A stretch of 64,000 bases of DNA from NCBI GenBank assembly GCA_949297145.1, contig CASFQO010000013.1:82768-146767 (forward strand), in the 5' to 3' direction. Shown piece by piece: positions 9,784 to 20,440 of this stretch (the first letter of the stretch is position 1; the number at the start of each line of letters is the position of its first letter). The translations under genes were made by a program, and so were the position numbers. The notes beneath the pieces are model-generated. The model had not been told where the DNA came from and did no database searches. It saw nothing but the letters and a program-made list of their open reading frames with translations. This stretch comes from an uncultured Alphaproteobacteria bacterium. GTDB lineage: Bacteria; Pseudomonadota; Alphaproteobacteria; RF32; CAG-239.

Positions 9784-11643
9784 CTAATTTAAAGTTTCAC
9801 TCAGTTCCATCCACTTCTCTTCTGTGGCGGTTATTTCTTTTTCCAAGTTGTATAGTTCTATTTGTATTTTGGCGACTTCGCTGCCGGAAACTTGAGCAAA
9901 CTTTTGTAATAATTCCGCTTTTTTAGCTTCCAATTTATTTAATTCTTGTTCAATTTGGCGCAGCTCCGCTTTGACTTTGCGGTCTTGCTTATTGTTTATG
10001 GGATTTTTTTCTGTGGGAGGTGTTGAAGGTTTGGGCTGCGTTTTTATTTCTTTTTGTTCCATTTTTTTTTCTGTCTTTCTTTGCTTATTTAATAAAAAAG
10101 AACGATAATCTTCCAAATCCCCATCAAAGGCGGTGCAGGTATGATTATGTACCAACCAAAGATTGTCTACGACCATTTCTAATAAATGGAAATCGTGCGA
10201 AATTAAAATAATAGCTCCATTATATGCGTTTAAGGCTTCCGCTAGGGCGGTTCTTCCCTCCATATCCAGATGGTTGGTCGGTTCATCAAAAATCAATAAT
10301 TCCGGCTTATCTATGGAAATTCGCGCAAACAGCAATCTTGTTTTTTCACCACCGGATAATGCTTTAATTTGTGTCACGGCTTTTTCTTGCTCTAGGCCAA
10401 AGTGCCCAAGATGTGCACGGATATTTTTCTCGGGTGTTTCCGGCTCTAGGGATTTCATATATTCGGTGGGAGTCAAATCCAGCGGCAATTCTTCGGTTTG
10501 GTTTTGATTAAAGTACCCGATTTTGAGTTTACCGCTTTTTCTCATCGTTCCTTCCATCATGGGTAGATGTGATGATAGCATTTTTACTAGTGTTGATTTA
10601 CCATTACCGTTTTTCCCTAGCAAGGCAATTCTATCATCTTGATTGATGTAAAAATTTAATTTCCGTAACACAACCTTATCACCATAACCCACAACTCCAT
10701 TTTCTACAGTTATCAGAGGGGATGGCATGGGTTTTATATCCGGAAACAAAAACTTGCTTTCTTTATCTTGCGCGACTTCTTCTATATCTTCCATTTTTTC
10801 TAGCATTTTCAGGCGGCTTTGTGCCTGGCGCGCTTTGGTCGCTTTATAACGGAATCGGTCTACATATGACTGAAGATGCGCTTTGCGTTCGTTTTGTTTT
10901 TTTATCAGCTTATCCACCAACTCAATCTTTTGTGCATATTGGCGGGCAAAAGTATCATAATTGCCCCCGTACTGGACCAGTTTTTTGCCTTCAAAATGGA
11001 TTATACCTTCACATACATTGTTTAGAAAATCCCGGTCATGGCTAATCAGCAATACTGTTCCTTTATATTTTTGCAGATAACTCTCAAGCCACACAATCGC
11101 CTCTAAATCCAGATGGTTTGTCGGCTCATCCAAAAACAAGATATCGGAACGCTGAAACAATGCTCCGGCCAAGTTCAAACGCATTTGCCATCCACCGGAA
11201 AAGTCTTTTACCGGCTTTTCTAAATCTTCTTGATTGAAACCCAGGCCTATTAAAATTTCTGCGGTTCTGGCTTCTGCCGAATCGGACTCCATTATCCATA
11301 ATTGTTCCATTATTTCGGGCAATTCTTCAGGTTTGGCGGTCTTTTCTCGTTCACGTAAAGCCATCAATCGTTTATCTTTGCTTAAAACATATTCCAATAT
11401 CGGCTTTTGCAAATCGGCTTCTTTTATTTCTTGTTCTACAAAGGCTTTTAACTGGTTTTTGCTACACTGTACTTCGCCACTGTTTACATCCAACTCGCCT
11501 TTTAAGACTCTAAACAAGGTAGTTTTTCCACAGCCGTTATGGCCGACGATACCTATCTTTTGCCCGTCGGATATTTGCGCGGAAGCCTCTTCCAATAAAA
11601 ATTTTGAAGCTATTTGAACCGTTATTTTTTCCAGTTTTATCAT
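9784..11643 (-). CDS. ABC-F family ATPase (Uup/YheS-like translation factor type)
   Basis: Two ABC cassettes (GHNGCGKTT, GKNGNGKST; LSGGWQMR, LSGGEKTR), no TM domain, charged coiled-coil C-terminus. Confidence 0.9.
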   Translation of the reverse strand: MIKLEKITVQIASKFLLEEASAQISDGQKIGIVGHNGCGKTTLFRVLKGELDVNSGEVQCSKNQLKAFVEQEIKEADLQKPILEYVLSKDKRLMALREREKTAKPEELPEIMEQLWIMESDSAEARTAEILIGLGFNQEDLEKPVKDFSGGWQMRLNLAGALFQRSDILFLDEPTNHLDLEAIVWLESYLQKYKGTVLLISHDRDFLNNVCEGIIHFEGKKLVQYGGNYDTFARQYAQKIELVDKLIKKQNERKAHLQSYVDRFRYKATKARQAQSRLKMLEKMEDIEEVAQDKESKFLFPDIKPMPSPLITVENGVVGYGDKVVLRKLNFYINQDDRIALLGKNGNGKSTLVKMLSSHLPMMEGTMRKSGKLKIGYFNQNQTEELPLDLTPTEYMKSLEPETPEKNIRAHLGHFGLEQEKAVTQIKALSGGEKTRLLFARISIDKPELLIFDEPTNHLDMEGRTALAEALNAYNGAIILISHDFHLLEMVVDNLWLVHNHTCTAFDGDLEDYRSFLLNKQRKTEKKMEQKEIKTQPKPSTPPTEKNPINNKQDRKVKAELRQIEQELNKLEAKKAELLQKFAQVSGSEVAKIQIELYNLEKEITATEEKWMELSETLN

Positions 11644-11655
11644 GTGTTTCCTTTT

Positions 11656-12693
11656 TTATTCTTTTTTGTATGACGGATATGTTTTCGCTTTGTAGCCCTG
11701 CTCTACTTCATAAAAACTCATCGGCTCTTCTATGTGCCGATTTAAGATTTGGCTTGCTTCTTCCGGGGTAAAATAAAAATCTGCAAAAGTTTCCGGAAGC
11801 TCGGCTATTTCTGGAATTTCTATATCTGCCAACGGACTTTCTGCCATTTGTTGTTTTAACCGTGGCAAAAAGCGCTGCATGCTCGTATCATTTTTTACAT
11901 CATTTTCATTATGAAAGAAGTAATACCTAAAATCTATTGCTGTTCCCTCAGGATGTCCGCGCTTTTTCTTATTTAAAAACTCTGCAAATGATTTTGTTAC
12001 ATAATGATTTACTCTTGCTTTGTCTCCAGAAATATTAAAACTCAGCATATAGCTGACCGGCTTATGATACTCGTTTACGCTTTTACCTCTGACCGGTATA
12101 TAATGATTGGCTCCGAAAGCCTTAAAATCAATCACCGAATCCGGACGTACTATTGATTTTACCGTGTGATTGAGTTTGGCGCCGTGAGATGTAAAGGCTT
12201 CCGTTACCAAGCCTTCTTGGCGTTTAAACAGGCCATTATCGCCATAATTCATCCATTGCAGGCTGACCTCGGCAACATCTTCAAATTCTCGCAAAAAGTC
12301 TATCATATTATCTGCTTTGAGCGGCACTAAAAATTCATCTAAATCAATAAATGCCATCCACTTGCTTTTAGCACCATATTCTTTGACTACTTTATCATAG
12401 CAGACCAGTTGCTGATTTTTTCCTGTCATCGGAATATAGGTTATCAGGCCTTGTTGTATATAGGGCTGCAGATAGGCGTGACTTCCGTCCGTACTATCAT
12501 TGTCACATAAATAGAAATGCTCTACCCCTTGCAGTTTGTGATATTCAATCCATTCTTTTAAGTATGGCTTTTCATTTTTCATGATGGCCGTAATACTTAA
12601 AGTATATTCTTTCGCATAGATATATCTGTATCCGGTATACAGCAAAGCTCCGACTACGAAAAATAATCCTATCCCAACTGCCAGTTTTTTCAT
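11656..12693 (-). CDS. Membrane-anchored glycosyltransferase (GT2/GT92-like)
   Basis: TAIMKNEKPYLKEWIEYHKLQGVEHFYLCDNDSTDGS is the typical GT-A N-terminal pattern; N-terminal TM helix. Confidence 0.65.
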   Translation of the reverse strand: MKKLAVGIGLFFVVGALLYTGYRYIYAKEYTLSITAIMKNEKPYLKEWIEYHKLQGVEHFYLCDNDSTDGSHAYLQPYIQQGLITYIPMTGKNQQLVCYDKVVKEYGAKSKWMAFIDLDEFLVPLKADNMIDFLREFEDVAEVSLQWMNYGDNGLFKRQEGLVTEAFTSHGAKLNHTVKSIVRPDSVIDFKAFGANHYIPVRGKSVNEYHKPVSYMLSFNISGDKARVNHYVTKSFAEFLNKKKRGHPEGTAIDFRYYFFHNENDVKNDTSMQRFLPRLKQQMAESPLADIEIPEIAELPETFADFYFTPEEASQILNRHIEEPMSFYEVEQGYKAKTYPSYKKE

Positions 12694-12696
12694 GCT

Positions 12697-13143
12697 TTAT
12701 ACAAAATTTTCCATAATGTTATGTTCGTGGCATGCGTCTTTTACCAACAATGTGGTCACAGGCGCTTCTGAATATTTTTGAAACAAAATTCCATGTCCCA
12801 AACATAAACCGAAATTGATATTAAAATCTGTCTTTTCTTTATTCAAATATTCGGCTTGAGACTTTGGATCGCAAGAGGCGCCGGAGAGTTCCGGTGATAA
12901 CTCTGAGGCGTCTAATCCGGACTCTTTACAATTAACAATAACAGATTCAATTCCTTCTTTTTTTAGCATTGCTTTTAATTTTTCCGCAAAATCTTTAACC
13001 GAAAAACAAGAGGCAATGCCAATCTTTTTATATCCGTTCAATTTGATGAAGTTAACGAGCTCTATCATCCGCGACGGATTGCGGGATTGATTTGTTAAGC
13101 ACATAAATTCTTTATCTTCTTGTGTGTAATTACCTTTTTCCAT
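12697..13143 (-). CDS. DUF1847-like Cys-containing protein
   Basis: KKIGIASCFS, SCDPKSQAEYLN, FGLCLGHGILFQKYSEAPVTTLLVKD match my recollection of DUF1847 blocks. Confidence 0.6.
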   Translation of the reverse strand: MEKGNYTQEDKEFMCLTNQSRNPSRMIELVNFIKLNGYKKIGIASCFSVKDFAEKLKAMLKKEGIESVIVNCKESGLDASELSPELSGASCDPKSQAEYLNKEKTDFNINFGLCLGHGILFQKYSEAPVTTLLVKDACHEHNIMENFV

Positions 13144-13290
13144 AGTCCTTACCTTAAAATTATATTAACCTTGTTCGTATACTATAACAACTATTCTATA
13201 ACACAAGACAAATAAGCACACTTATTCCATATTATTTCCGTTTTTAAGGATATGGACTATAAAATGCTTTAAAGAGAAAGAGTTAAGTCT

Positions 13291-14670
13291 ATGAGTAAAT
13301 ATTTATCTTTTGTTCCGCTTAGTATGTACAATATTGCAGCTTTTTTGCGGTCACAACTTTTTTTATTGCCGGTTTTGTTGTTCTTTTATCAAGAAAATGG
13401 ACTGACTGTCGGTGATTTTTATCTTATTCAGGGCTTAATTGTCTTTTTTGCTTTTTTGTTTGAAATTCCAGCCGGATATCTCGGAGATATCTTTCCCAGA
13501 AAATATATTTTGATTACCGCCTATGCACTCTTTCTCGGACGGCTGTTTTTGTGGATTTTCTTCCGCGGGTTTGAAATTATTCTTATCGGTGAATTTCTTT
13601 ATGCCTGCTCTAAGGCTTGTTTTGATTCGGTTTCTTCCTCTTTTATTTATGATATTCTAAAACACAATAAAGAAGAAGCCAAAATGGTTAAGGCTTATTC
13701 TAACTTTAATGCCGCTATGTATATCGGAACGGGAATCGCTGCCCTTCTTGGTGCCGGGCTCTACGAAAAACTCGGCTCTCATGTGTTGTTAATTGCTGAA
13801 TTTGTGATTTATTCCACCGCTATTTTATTGCTTGCACTTCTTCCTAATGCGCATCAGCCTTCTCTAAACGCTGTTATTTCACTTAAAGACAGATTGAAAA
13901 GATTTTGGGTGGCTGTGCGCTATATTCTTAAATCTCGCAAATATTGCTATTTAGTTTTGTTCTCCGGATTTATGGTTGGTGTATCTCACTTTTTCTTTTG
14001 GAGTTTTCAACCGCTTATGAAAAGCTCCGGCATCAACCCTTCGGTTTCTTTAACCGACTTAGCAGATTCAATCGGTTGGGATGCTCGAGTTTTCGGTGAT
14101 GTTGTCTGGAATTATCTCATCAGCTTAAATTGGCTTGATTATATTAAAGTTATGGGCGTGGTTATTTTTATCAATAATCTTATTCGCTCGTCCTTTAGCT
14201 ATTTTGCAGCATCTATGGCTAAAAGAATTTCTTTGTTTAATCTTGGTAACATCTCTTTTACCATGGAGGTTATCGGGTGTGCACTTTCGTTTATATTGAT
14301 GAAAATGGGACATATCTCCCCGCTTAATTGCTTGCTCTTTATTATCTTTTTATGTGTTTGCATCGGTTTGCAACTTATGTTTACCATCACGCACATCAGC
14401 CGGTTACATCGCTTAATCAACCCGAAAATTCGTTCGCTTTCATCTTCGGTTAATATGATGACGGGGCGGCTTATGACTTCGATTATGTTGATGGCTCCGA
14501 AATTTTTGTTGGAGCATGAGGGTGAAGCTACCGGACTTCGCGTGATTGATATTTTTTGGATTTATGCCCTTATCTTTATCCCTATCGGGCTGTACTTCAT
14601 CTATAAAATATTTAAGTATAACGTGCATGCCGAGCACTCGCTTATGCATGTCAGCGATGAAAAGGCCTGA
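13291..14670 (+). CDS. MFS-type transporter
   Basis: About 12 hydrophobic segments; PAGYLGDIFPRKY loop motif after TM2; TGA stop 2 nt before the next ATG. Confidence 0.7.
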   Translation: MSKYLSFVPLSMYNIAAFLRSQLFLLPVLLFFYQENGLTVGDFYLIQGLIVFFAFLFEIPAGYLGDIFPRKYILITAYALFLGRLFLWIFFRGFEIILIGEFLYACSKACFDSVSSSFIYDILKHNKEEAKMVKAYSNFNAAMYIGTGIAALLGAGLYEKLGSHVLLIAEFVIYSTAILLLALLPNAHQPSLNAVISLKDRLKRFWVAVRYILKSRKYCYLVLFSGFMVGVSHFFFWSFQPLMKSSGINPSVSLTDLADSIGWDARVFGDVVWNYLISLNWLDYIKVMGVVIFINNLIRSSFSYFAASMAKRISLFNLGNISFTMEVIGCALSFILMKMGHISPLNCLLFIIFLCVCIGLQLMFTITHISRLHRLINPKIRSLSSSVNMMTGRLMTSIMLMAPKFLLEHEGEATGLRVIDIFWIYALIFIPIGLYFIYKIFKYNVHAEHSLMHVSDEKA

Positions 14671-14672
14671 GT

Positions 14673-16676
14673 ATGTCTGTATCTAGTCGGCTCACGATTT
14701 TTGTGTTCTCTTTATGGTTTGCCGCTACGGCAAATGCCGCCGATATCGGGCTTAAAATTTCTGCCGGTCAGAATTGGTTTTCTTGGGGAGATTATATTTT
14801 AGGCCAAGATTTAAAAAGTGGGTTTGAAGCTATCGGATATTCTGTTGAACCGGCCTATATGGAAAATTTTTATAGTGAAAATACTTCAAATACCCCGATT
14901 GATGTGTATATGCACGGCTTTATCCCTTTTAACCCGCCTGTTTATCCTGATAAAATCAACGTGATGTATCTTTACTATCCGCTTGAAACGGCGCAGATGC
15001 AAAAATATCATAACCTTAAAAATGTTTCTGAACCGGATTGGATGTCTTTGCAGACGGAGCTTTGGGATTTTCAACTTATTGCCGTTGCTTCCCTTACTTA
15101 TCAAAAAGAAATTGAGAAACTTGGGATTAAAACTATCTTTGTGCCGCAATTTACTAATCCGCGCAAATTCTTTTATGAATACGATAAGGAGACTTCCTAT
15201 GATATTTTATTTGTCGGGAGGCCGGGATATGAGCGCATTAGTGCCAAATGGGCGATAGAATCCGGTTTTGATGTTGCGCTGTTTGGTGAAGGCTGGGAAA
15301 ATCAAGCCCCAAAAGAAATGGTTAAAGGGACGTATATTGATAATTCGGAACTCCATAAATATTATGCATCGGCCAAAATCGTCTTAAATGATACACGAGC
15401 CGATATGAAAAAAGCCGGTTTTATCAGCAATCGAGTATTTGATGTGACGGCAAGCGGCGGCTTTCTTATTTCTGATTATATGCCTGAAATTGAGCAATTC
15501 TATGGTGATAGCATCCCGATGTTTAAATCTAAAGAAGAATTAAAGCAACTTATTGATTATTATCTGGCTCACCCTGAAGAGCGCGCTAAAAAAGCAAAAA
15601 AAGCTCAGGAAATTACGCTAAGTCTTTTTACCTCAGATTTGGCAGCGCAAAAGATTATTGACGCCGTCAAAACACTTCGGCCTCAGAAGCAAAACACTAA
15701 TCAGCTTGACTATTCTAAACTTGTTATCAAAAGTCCATGGCCTGCCGAAGCACGCAATATCGGTGAATATTGGTTGGAATTGGATTTGGAGGACGGGTTG
15801 AAAAAAAGCGGGTTTGACACCAGAACGTATTATTTCAATCGGCAATTTTATCCGGATGATTTTTATCACCAGGCCGGAAATCTCCTTTATATGCAATTTA
15901 AGTATAACCGTGCAGAATTTGAGGATGAAAATAAAAACCGAATTATGTACCTTTATTTTCCGACAGAAATCCCCAGCACGGCAAAATTTAAAAACACTCC
16001 TGATACATTTCATTTTAACACCGATGCTTCTCTTAATGATGAATTGCAGTATTTTGATTTAATCGCCACCCCTGCCGCGGCGCTTATTCCTGAGCTCCAA
16101 AAACAAGGGCATCGCGCTGTTTTTGTGCCACAATTTACTAATCCTGATAAATTTAAATATGATTATGATGACAGTGTTAAGTCTGAATTACTTTTTGTCG
16201 GGTCTCCTTGGTATGAGCGAGTTAGTGTTACGTATGCTCTTGAAAACGGCTACGATATCTCGGTTTATGGTCTTAAATGGGAAGGAAAAATCCCTGCCCA
16301 ATACATTAAAGGCGGGTATATTGACAATAATGATCTCAATCGTTATTACTCCTCGGCTAAAATCGTTTTAAGTGATCATCCGGATGATTTGGCAAAAATG
16401 GGGCTGGTTATTAACCGATTATATGATGCTTCTGCCGTTGGCGCTTTTATTATTTCTGAATATAGTCCCTACATTGAGCAAATTTTTGGAGATGCTATTC
16501 CGATGTATAAAAATAAAGAAGAATTTAAACAACTCGTTGACTATTATTTGGCTCATCCGGAAGAACGCTTAAAAAAAGCAAAACAAGCTCAAGACATTAC
16601 ATTACATCGCTTTACAAATGTGGCGGTAGGACAGCAATTAAAACAACTTTTTGAAAATATCGGGAGAAATAAATAA
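14673..16676 (+). CDS. Secreted/anchored protein with two tandem CgeB-like (Glyco_trans_1_2-type) modules
   Basis: Residues ~150-330 and ~480-660 align nearly colinearly (IFVPQFTNPRKF.../VFVPQFTNPDKF..., DYYLAHPEERAKKAKKAQEITL/DYYLAHPEERLKKAKQAQDITL). Confidence 0.7.
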   Translation: MSVSSRLTIFVFSLWFAATANAADIGLKISAGQNWFSWGDYILGQDLKSGFEAIGYSVEPAYMENFYSENTSNTPIDVYMHGFIPFNPPVYPDKINVMYLYYPLETAQMQKYHNLKNVSEPDWMSLQTELWDFQLIAVASLTYQKEIEKLGIKTIFVPQFTNPRKFFYEYDKETSYDILFVGRPGYERISAKWAIESGFDVALFGEGWENQAPKEMVKGTYIDNSELHKYYASAKIVLNDTRADMKKAGFISNRVFDVTASGGFLISDYMPEIEQFYGDSIPMFKSKEELKQLIDYYLAHPEERAKKAKKAQEITLSLFTSDLAAQKIIDAVKTLRPQKQNTNQLDYSKLVIKSPWPAEARNIGEYWLELDLEDGLKKSGFDTRTYYFNRQFYPDDFYHQAGNLLYMQFKYNRAEFEDENKNRIMYLYFPTEIPSTAKFKNTPDTFHFNTDASLNDELQYFDLIATPAAALIPELQKQGHRAVFVPQFTNPDKFKYDYDDSVKSELLFVGSPWYERVSVTYALENGYDISVYGLKWEGKIPAQYIKGGYIDNNDLNRYYSSAKIVLSDHPDDLAKMGLVINRLYDASAVGAFIISEYSPYIEQIFGDAIPMYKNKEEFKQLVDYYLAHPEERLKKAKQAQDITLHRFTNVAVGQQLKQLFENIGRNK

Positions 16677-17668
16677 TGAAAAAATATCTTTTACTTTATT
16701 TGGCCATACTTTTGGGTGGCGCGTTATTGCTCTCGTATTCCAAGGTTTTAGAAAAAGTCACAGCCCCTGCTGCTGACACCCAAATATCAGATAAAACTCC
16801 GCAGTCTGACAAGCAAATTTATATCAATGTGCAAGCCTCCAAAATGGCGCAACTTTATCGTCAAGCAGTCAAATTGCAAAAAGCCTTTCAGGAAATCGGA
16901 AAAGAGGTTACTTTGTCGGATATACAAAAAATGCAAAGCGGCAATTTTAATCTCTATATCGCGGAAAGTTTGGATAACTTGCCTAAGGTTTTAGATACCA
17001 ATGCTATCAATATCTTATGGATTCCGGTGGTGCGCCAGGATGATGATGTGGCTTTATTAAGAGCTTTTGATGTGATTGTGGTTAAAAGTATGGCCTCTTT
17101 TAATCATCTCAAGGCAATTAACGTGCGGACGGCCTTTATCCCCGATGCTTTTAATATTAAATCTTTACCTCAACGTCAGCCCAACGGAAAAGCTATGTTT
17201 TATGGAGATAATGTCGGATTTTCTTTGTCGCTCTATCTGGCCGGACGAAAACAACATAGTTTGGATGTTTATGGAAAGGGATTTGAAGCTCTTTGGCCTA
17301 AAGATGAAATTAAAGGCTCATCTCCTTCTTTAGATGATTTTGCGCAATATTCCGCAGTGCTGACAGATCAGAGTGATGAAAACATTAGAGATGAAATTAT
17401 CAATGCTAAAATTATTGAGATTATTGAAAACGGCGGCGTACCGTTGCTCCGTTTTAACAGTGCTGTTTATAAGATTTTTGAAGAGGGTTTGCCGCTCTAT
17501 CATGATGAGCAGGAATTTATACAACTCTTAACAAGATTAGAGCAAGATCCTACTTTTGTTAAGCAAATCAGGCAAAACCTTATGATGATTGCACAACGGT
17601 GGAACTCTGCTTCGCAAGCGCAAAAATTTGCGGAAATATTTGACATTATGCAGAAAAAAAGAAGGTAA
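16676..17668 (+). CDS. Divergent third CgeB-like module protein
   Basis: ATGA overlap with the upstream gene; C-terminal GLPLYHDEQEFIQLLTRLEQDP... parallels the repeats of 14673..16676. Confidence 0.55.
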   Translation: MKKYLLLYLAILLGGALLLSYSKVLEKVTAPAADTQISDKTPQSDKQIYINVQASKMAQLYRQAVKLQKAFQEIGKEVTLSDIQKMQSGNFNLYIAESLDNLPKVLDTNAINILWIPVVRQDDDVALLRAFDVIVVKSMASFNHLKAINVRTAFIPDAFNIKSLPQRQPNGKAMFYGDNVGFSLSLYLAGRKQHSLDVYGKGFEALWPKDEIKGSSPSLDDFAQYSAVLTDQSDENIRDEIINAKIIEIIENGGVPLLRFNSAVYKIFEEGLPLYHDEQEFIQLLTRLEQDPTFVKQIRQNLMMIAQRWNSASQAQKFAEIFDIMQKKRR

Positions 17669-17691
17669 TTTATAACTCTTCCACAAATTAA

Positions 17692-17725
17692 AAGGCTGAC
17701 ATTTCTGCCAGCTTTTTTTTTATTT
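17692..17725. terminator. Hairpin plus long T-run between convergent genes
   Basis: GCTGACA pairs with TGCCAGC (one mismatch), followed by T9. Confidence 0.5.
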
Positions 17726-17726
17726 T

Positions 17727-18707
17727 TTAATTATGATAAGATAAATGTCCGTTTTCTAACTTTGCATGCCCACCCAAAGGTATGGTCAACAAGGGTGCAG
17801 AGTGTCCAAAGTCTACATTGGCCAAAATCGGCAAATTCTTTAATTCCGCTTTGGTGTTTAAGATAAACTCCAGACCTTCTCTTGTTACTTTTGAACCTTT
17901 TTGGAAACGACCGATTACAATTCCTTTTACATTTACAAAGTCATCTTGATAAATCAGCGCTTGTAAATTACGTTCAAAATCTGCCAAAGAACTTCCTTCC
18001 GTATCTTCTATAAACAATATGGTGTCCTTTTCAAATTTCGGGCGAAAAGAGGTACCGAGAAGGAGATTATATGTACCGAGGTTTCCCCCAATGATTGTTC
18101 CTTCGGCTGAGCCTTCGTGAATATTCCAATAGCCTTCGTTTGCTTCAAACTCGCGTTTGTCTTGGTCTAAAAACCACAAATCATCGCTCCAGATTTGAGA
18201 GGGCTCAACATCATCTTTGCCGTCTTCTACCAACATTTTGATAAAGTGTGCAAAGGTATAATCGCATCCTTTTTTCATCCCTAATGAGCTAAAATGTGGA
18301 CCATAATATGTTATCAAGCCTGTTTTTGCCAAAATAGCATTTTCTAGGGCTGTGATATCTGAGAATCCGCAAAATACTTTTGGATTTTGACGAATTAAAT
18401 CATAATCCAAATACTTTAGCAGTTGGTTTGAATTAGCGCCGCCGATTATCGTCATTATCCCTTTTACGCTTTTATCGGCAAACGCTGTATGGATATCCGA
18501 TACTCTTTTTTCTATTGAGCTTGACCCCATATAATCCCAGTTTTCATCAATCGCATTGGGGGCAAAAACAACTTCCATTCCTAGGCTTTCTAAACGCTGT
18601 TTGGCTATTTCTCTCACATCTTTGCCGATGATTTTGACACCTCTTGCCGGTGCAATCACCATAATCTTATCACCTTTTTGCAATCTGTTTGGTATTATCT
18701 TTTCCAT
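17727..18707 (-). CDS. LD-carboxypeptidase (peptidase S66, LdcA/MccF-like)
   Basis: N-terminal LQKGDKIMVIAPA, GFSDITAL nucleophile motif, C-terminal FGHSAP. Confidence 0.8.
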   Translation of the reverse strand: MEKIIPNRLQKGDKIMVIAPARGVKIIGKDVREIAKQRLESLGMEVVFAPNAIDENWDYMGSSSIEKRVSDIHTAFADKSVKGIMTIIGGANSNQLLKYLDYDLIRQNPKVFCGFSDITALENAILAKTGLITYYGPHFSSLGMKKGCDYTFAHFIKMLVEDGKDDVEPSQIWSDDLWFLDQDKREFEANEGYWNIHEGSAEGTIIGGNLGTYNLLLGTSFRPKFEKDTILFIEDTEGSSLADFERNLQALIYQDDFVNVKGIVIGRFQKGSKVTREGLEFILNTKAELKNLPILANVDFGHSAPLLTIPLGGHAKLENGHLSYHN

Positions 18708-18722
18708 TTTTCTCCCTTTCTT

Positions 18723-20423
18723 TTACTGTTCTTGAATTGAATCTTCGGTTGTATCTTCCTTATCTTCATCTTCTTCCCAATGAACGTGAAGTGTTGTTAC
18801 CGGCTTGATATCCGTTGCATTCAGCACGCGACGACGAATTTGCCCACGGATAAAATCTTCGGCAGCGTTTCGATTGGGCTTTTCGGATAATTTTTGCGCT
18901 ATCAACGGTTTTACCTGTTTCATTATTTCTTCATGCAACACATACCACTCATTTTCTTCCAAAATATCTATAGAGCTGAATTGAAGTGATTTTAATTTGT
19001 AGTCCTTGCTAATCACAGCTGATATAAACAGGGTGCAGTTAAACATTATCCGGCGACGATTTTTGACTAATTCCGAGCCCAGAGATACACTTCTGCCTCT
19101 GTCTACGCCCATTATCTCCGCAACTATCTGCTCTATCATCTCGATTTTATGGTCGTGATAAAGGCAAATATCGCCATTTTGCGCTGAAAAGACATCTTCT
19201 ACACCACAGCTCTTTGCAAATTTTTTATGTTCTCTGATGAATTTTTTATCACCATGTACCGGAAGCACAATCTTTGGATTTAATAACTCATACATGGCCT
19301 GTAAATCTTTTTTGCAGGCATGACCTGATGTGTGAACCAAATAATCTTCTTCGGTAACTAAATTAACCCCTTTGGCTAATATTTTTTCTTGCAGACGTTC
19401 TATCTTATCCTCATTGCCGGGGATAATCTTTGATGAAAAAATCACATTATCTTCTGCCGCCAATTTGATATATTTATTTTCATCATTGGCAATCATGGTC
19501 ATCGCACTACGATAGTTAGCTTGTGAACCGGTACAAATATACAACGCCTTGTCTGACGTGATACCATCCACCTCTTCTAATGTATGCAAATCGCCATATT
19601 CCGTCAAATAACCGCATTGTTTGGCAATTTTGACATTCGTTACTAAACTTCTTCCGGCCAATATCGGCGTTCTTCCGGCAGCTCTTGCCGCTAAAATCAA
19701 ACTCTCCAAGCGCATGATGTTTGATGCAAAGCACGTTGCAACGATGCCGCCTTGCATCTCGGGAATTATCTTAAGCAAATTCTCACGAACATCCTCTTCA
19801 CTGGCTTGTGGTTCATCTACCATCACATTTGTTGAGTCACATACGAAAATATCTACGCCTTCTTTTGCTGCACGTTTTAACGAATCGAAATCCGTTTTTA
19901 CCATAGAGAGCTTGTTATCATCAAAGCGCCAATCTGTTGCGTGCATTATATTCCCGTAGGGGGTTTTGATAAACAATGCAGAGGTTTCCGGTATGGAGTG
20001 AGCTATTGGAATAAACTCTACTTCAAAATCTGCTAGCTTCACGTGTCTTTCTTTATTCACGGAAATAAGCGGAACCATATCTTGCATCTTATATTCACTT
20101 AAGCGCTCTTTAACCAAGCCTAATGAAAAATCCGTGCCATATACCGGACACTGCAACGTTGGCCAAATTTGTGCTATTGCGCCTAAATGGTCTTCATGCC
20201 CATGGGTTATAAACAGGCCTAAAATATCTTCTCGGTAGTTTTCTAAAAATTCCGGTGACGCATAACACATATCCATCCCCGGAAAATCATCATTCAAAAA
20301 TCCATATCCCGCATCTACCACTATCAATTTACCATTGACCGCGTATACAAACATATTCATCCCGATTTCATCGGCGCCGCCTAACGGTATAAAATATATT
20401 CCTTTTTTCTTAAAATCGTTCAT
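18723..20423 (-). CDS. rnj: Ribonuclease J
   Basis: Metallo-beta-lactamase/beta-CASP: THGHEDHLGA, DSTNV, HTSGHA; 566 aa. Confidence 0.9.
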   Translation of the reverse strand: MNDFKKKGIYFIPLGGADEIGMNMFVYAVNGKLIVVDAGYGFLNDDFPGMDMCYASPEFLENYREDILGLFITHGHEDHLGAIAQIWPTLQCPVYGTDFSLGLVKERLSEYKMQDMVPLISVNKERHVKLADFEVEFIPIAHSIPETSALFIKTPYGNIMHATDWRFDDNKLSMVKTDFDSLKRAAKEGVDIFVCDSTNVMVDEPQASEEDVRENLLKIIPEMQGGIVATCFASNIMRLESLILAARAAGRTPILAGRSLVTNVKIAKQCGYLTEYGDLHTLEEVDGITSDKALYICTGSQANYRSAMTMIANDENKYIKLAAEDNVIFSSKIIPGNEDKIERLQEKILAKGVNLVTEEDYLVHTSGHACKKDLQAMYELLNPKIVLPVHGDKKFIREHKKFAKSCGVEDVFSAQNGDICLYHDHKIEMIEQIVAEIMGVDRGRSVSLGSELVKNRRRIMFNCTLFISAVISKDYKLKSLQFSSIDILEENEWYVLHEEIMKQVKPLIAQKLSEKPNRNAAEDFIRGQIRRRVLNATDIKPVTTLHVHWEEDEDKEDTTEDSIQEQ

Positions 20424-20440
20424 TTCTTTTTTATTCCTTT

